From Paraphysomonas bandaiensis (lineage: Eukaryota; Protista; Chrysophyceae), in contig CBFFRP010000141.1 of assembly GCA_965644295.1 (NCBI GenBank), positions 186,001-250,000 of the forward strand: a DNA stretch of 64,000 bases, in the 5' to 3' direction. Below, one piece after another: positions 59,593-64,000 of the stretch. The position numbers and the translations under genes were made by a program. The notes beneath the pieces are model-generated. The model was not told the DNA's origin. It did not search any database and worked only from the letters and a program-made list of their open reading frames with translations. Each line of letters begins with the position of its first letter. The stretch's first letter is position 1.

Positions 59593-60529
59593 TCGAAATT
59601 AATTATATAAACATGTAAAATATTAATATATTTCTGAACGCAGCACTGACTTCAACTGAACATGCTAATAATAAACCTAGCTAAAAAATAGTAACGTAAT
59701 GAAAACAAGCACTCTCCAATGCATCTTCGTGAAGAGTCTCCATCTAGCTTTCACCGCCGTGACTTCCAATATTTCCATCCAAGATATGCTTAAATGAAGC
59801 TTATCAGGTGTCCATCTACAATATGTTCAATATAGTGTATATTGAACCCAACTGTGAAGACCATGAAGCGGCAGCGCAAAATTATAATATTACTCAGATG
59901 GCATATACTCGGTATTCTTGCTGTAATATATGCAATCTGCTTCTATACCACAATATCCCGCAGATATATACTTGGTTTGGTGTATTCAAGGCCAATCATA
60001 GCACATCACTAAGCTTCTAATATAATGTAAAGTATTTTGCAATGGAAGGGTCCTCTCCCTGATATATTAATACACCGAGGAGTGAATTGATTATTAATTG
60101 AGTTTAGGGAGCTCAGGCATTGCATTTTTGGACCAACACTTGAATTATTCCCGTTTTGATCGTCAATATCCATTGGGTACTACTTTCATGGTCAAACTCG
60201 CTGCTTAAATCTGACATAATTATATGATATCGACTCGCCCGCATATATATCCACATTTATATCCATATATGAATATATCCACAGAAGTCTGGCCGTATAC
60301 CGTACTCTGTATACCTATACGGGGAGTATGTCTGTGCAACAGAATACAGTAGAGTACATGGGAGTACAGCTGCCTCAGGCTGCTCTCCTCTGTGCTCTGT
60401 TTCTGTTGCAGTCACATCACTATCTGAACACACCGCACCGCCCCGCTATCATGAGAGACTGTCAGAGGCAGTAACGATGCGCTCTTTATAATATATTGAT
60501 GTGTGTGTATTTGTGACTTGCTTCTGGTG

Positions 60530-63500
60530 ATGTCTCTGTACGCGTACGGCAGTAATAATAGTGGTAGTGGTAATAATATAGACCCCGCTCGCAGGTCTCC
60601 TGTAATAGTGAACGAATGTCTGTCTCTAGATGCCATCAGACACAACAATGATACCGAGGGGGGGGAAAGTACGGATAATATCACGGAAGATATGTACAGC
60701 AACACTTTCGACTCCGAAAGCGATGTGGATGCTCCAGAGCTCAACTCCCAATCGATAGATAGCCCCCCGAAGTATGACTCACTCCCTTCTGGAATGTTTT
60801 CTTCCCCGAGAGTGTATGACGGTGAGTATCATGAATTGATATGCCGACACGACGACATATCTAATTAAGATGTACTTATAACACTCCTTATATGCAGGGA
60901 ACAAAAAATACTTTTATATTCCAGGTGTTCAAGGGGATACAGGTTCAGTCAACTCCTCCTCGTCTTCTTTTTCTCAGTCTACCCCTCCTATACAATCACA
61001 ATACCACCAGATTATACAAGGTGGGCGCCCTGGATATTCGCACTCCATCTCGTTCTCTGCTGCACACACCGCTAATTACTCCGTAGCTTCTATAGATCCA
61101 GAATCCTGTCCAGAGATTTATTTTCATGCCACAGACAATGAACCCGCCTCGCGGGCACTGTACAGTGATGAGGACGATTCTTCCCCGGGTGGTTCACCTT
61201 CAGGTACACCCTGTGGATATGTAGGAATTACCCCTGCAGCTTCACGAGTTGCAGGTATCGATCGGTTTTCAGAAGTAGTAGACACTGTGCCACCGCAGAG
61301 TTCCCGTAGTGTGCTCAGCAGCGATAGCTTAGAGTATAGCAACGACACACTTCAGCTTCACACACCTGGCGCGGGTCGTTCCGTAACACCACAGGTCAAT
61401 GATGCGTTTTCTGTTGGTACACCCTCTACAAGTATGACAAACACTGACGGTGTGAGTGTGAGCGGAGGAACTGTATCTACATGCTCTCCCAGATCAATGG
61501 AGCGTCGCTGGTATTCTGCAATTAAGACAAGGGACGAATTACTGTATGACTTGTCAAAACAGCATACTGACTCGCCATCAATCGACCGATCAGAGGTGGA
61601 GCAGGTGGAAAAGCCTGTGTCAAATTCTGATATGTCTACGCCTCATGCCCCTTCTACTCTAGCTTCGCCTAGTCTAAGCCCGCTGATATCTAACCCTTCA
61701 TCCGTAGAAAAAACTGGCAAATTTTTAAGTCAGCACAAATCTATGAAGTTAGCTACTGTCTCCCCAACTCCTGTGGGTTTTGAAGCAACAGACTCATCGT
61801 CATCTGAGTTTGAAACACCTGTGAACAGAATCTACCCTTATTCTTCTGATGATAACAAGCCGCTCCCAAAGTCAGGTAGTGCACGCTCTAGGGGATCAGC
61901 AGATAATATGGACCTTCGACGAACGGCCATTGTGAACGCCTCATCGCGTCCTCCAGAAGTACCTGTTGTGACAGAGTACAGTACCCCTATGTCCTCACCT
62001 TTGCTTTCCGCCTCCAGAACCTCTAGCAAAGACTGTGTCAAAGGAAGCGAGGAGTTTACACAGGAGTCTCCTTCCTCTAACCGAAGTGATATTTATAGTG
62101 ACTCCATAGTCGATGGAGGGTATAGTCGAGATTATTGTCAACCGCCCACAACATCTCATCCCCACTCGTGGGTCGAATATACATCGGAGGAGGGGTGGCC
62201 CTACTATTACAACGAATTTACTGGTGAGTCTACGTGGACAAAACCGGCAGAGTTGAAGGCGAGTGATGATGAGGATATCGCTGCAGAGCATGAAGTGGAA
62301 GACATCAACGAAGCTGCGAATGAGCAGTTAGAAGAAAGTGACGTTCCCGAGGGGTATATTGAGTCTTCGCAGTCAGGACCCCGAGATGTGCAAACCGTAA
62401 ATTTCAACATTTACGACGACTCTAGTCGTTTATCTCCGTGTAGTAGTAGTGTAGACTCTGATAAGAGTATCAGTACTCATTCTGTACTCAGTGGTGCAAT
62501 GTCGAGTTCTCTGGTGGAGCAGCGGAATAGAAGTGGCCAAAGTGTGCTCCACATATCTGCGGAAGCGGGGAATGATGAGGCCCTGCAGTTGCTGGTGAGA
62601 GTTATTTCTTTTTCTTGCGGAGTGACATTGATTACTCCTTACCACATTATATAACTTTAATGTGTTACTTGGCTGTGTACATTGTTCCTCGGTGACAACT
62701 AGCACTTTTATCCGTGATAACAATATATCGTTGCTTTATATAACTTTATGTTTTTAGCTGTCGAACGGTGCTGATGCGAATACATTGGATGGACACGGTG
62801 CGTCTCCTTTGCAATTAGTCTGCCAACGAAAACCATCTCAGTCTCAAACAGAATGCATTCGACACCTTGTCAACCACGGGGCAGACGTAAATATTCGAGA
62901 TAATAATGGAAATACGCCAATGCACATGCTACTTCTGTGGGGAATAGGGACGTCTTTGTTGTCGGGAGACACTTCTTCTGGTCCAATTAGTGAAATGACT
63001 AAACAAGAAGTGAGCGTCGTGAGAAATATGCAAATGAAGTCAGTTGAAGTTCTTATCGGCAGTGGACGCGTGGATACTACACTGTCTAATAATGATGGTG
63101 ATCAACCTCTCCATGTTGCCACGAAACTTGGGCTACTAGGATGCATGCAGTTACTTCTCAAGCCTCTATATATTGCCAATGATCACACCAATTCTAAAAA
63201 TAGTCAGCAATATGAGCGCTCAAGCAGTACCGAGAAATCTGGAAAGCGAGGGAATGTTGACGATGTATCGGCCGCAAGTGCTTGTGGTCGGCGCAGGAAA
63301 TACAGTAGTGGCAGCAACCGGTCTGGGGAAGGTAGGTATGAAGATATTAGCAAAGTGGTCAGTAGGGCTGGCAGCAATTCATCGCATGTTCCACCTATGC
63401 AGTCGGGCCAGGCGGTTCACTATTACTCCTCCAGTGATAACAGCAGTACACGAAAAGTATCCTATAGAAGCAAAGATAAATCTCCTGGGAAAAACCGCCA

Positions 63501-64000
63501 CTTAAGTCTTCGTAAGGAGAACCGCAACATGCAGATGGCGCCCCCCCCAACTCGTCCTGGCGAAAAGCGAGAGCTGGATCGACTGCCAAGTATTGAAATC
63601 GAGATTCCACAGTCACTGGATGATGTGCGTGGCTCCTCGGATGATGATGGAGAGTACTCCATCGCTCTTAGCAACGATGAAAGTCACAAAGAGACCCCCG
63701 TCATCATGCCGTTAGATGGACGAGGAAGTGGAAGCTATGGTAGGGTTGGTACGAATAGCACGGACATGACGGATGATCGAGAAGAAATACCATTGGATGT
63801 ATACATTCATCTTGGGGAGATGAGAGATGGATGGGTGGAGTATTGTACTGAAGAAGGTGATAAATACTACTACAATAATGAAACGGATCATGTTCAATGG
63901 AAACACCCATTTCAACACGAAATAGAGAGGAAAGCGCGCTGCAAACCGCCACAAGTTACTCTATCTGATAATGTTGATATTAACTCTGAAAGTGACACCG
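60530..64000 (+). CDS. Large Ser/Pro-rich protein with WW domains and ankyrin repeats (runs off the window end)
   Basis: WW1 SWVEYTSEEGWPYYYNEFTGESTWTKP; ankyrin repeats GQSVLHISA, GASPLQL, GNTPMH and GDQPLHVA; WW2 GWVEYCTEEGDKYYYNNETDHVQWKHP. Confidence 0.85.

Overview
Eukaryotic nuclear DNA from a gene-dense genome with short GT-AG introns (about 44-160 nt). A protist, possibly a stramenopile, is inferred from the gene and transposon types but cannot be proven from this window. About 17 protein-coding genes were reconstructed by hand, several missed or split by the ORF track: TANGO2/NRDE (partial), CCDC77-like, a ~1820-aa Ki-67-like protein, CNNM transporter, AAA+ ATPase, CK2 alpha, TBC1D22/Gyp1, FHA-FHA-PP2C, HUS1, sulfotransferase, a hypothetical membrane protein, SMYD-like SET protein, aldo-keto reductase, Frizzled/Smoothened-like 7TM receptor, class 2 DHODH, Abraxas-like MPN protein and a WW-ankyrin protein (partial). 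Intergenic space holds a 2.55-kb tandem triplication, two non-autonomous hAT families (8-bp TSDs, one nested), a small non-coding LTR element, a 25-bp-TIR element with a 3-bp TSD, LINE relics, and long tandem repeats filling bidirectional promoters. The best candidate for novel biology is the Ki-67-like gene: a Ki-67-type FHA domain, then ~12 TP-x-RRxS modules, three helical ALDxY repeats, ten charge-block repeats and a one-zinc half-PHD. The second is a duplicated structured-RNA unit with one compensatory base pair inside the LTR element. Homology calls rest on recalled family motifs; no searches were run.
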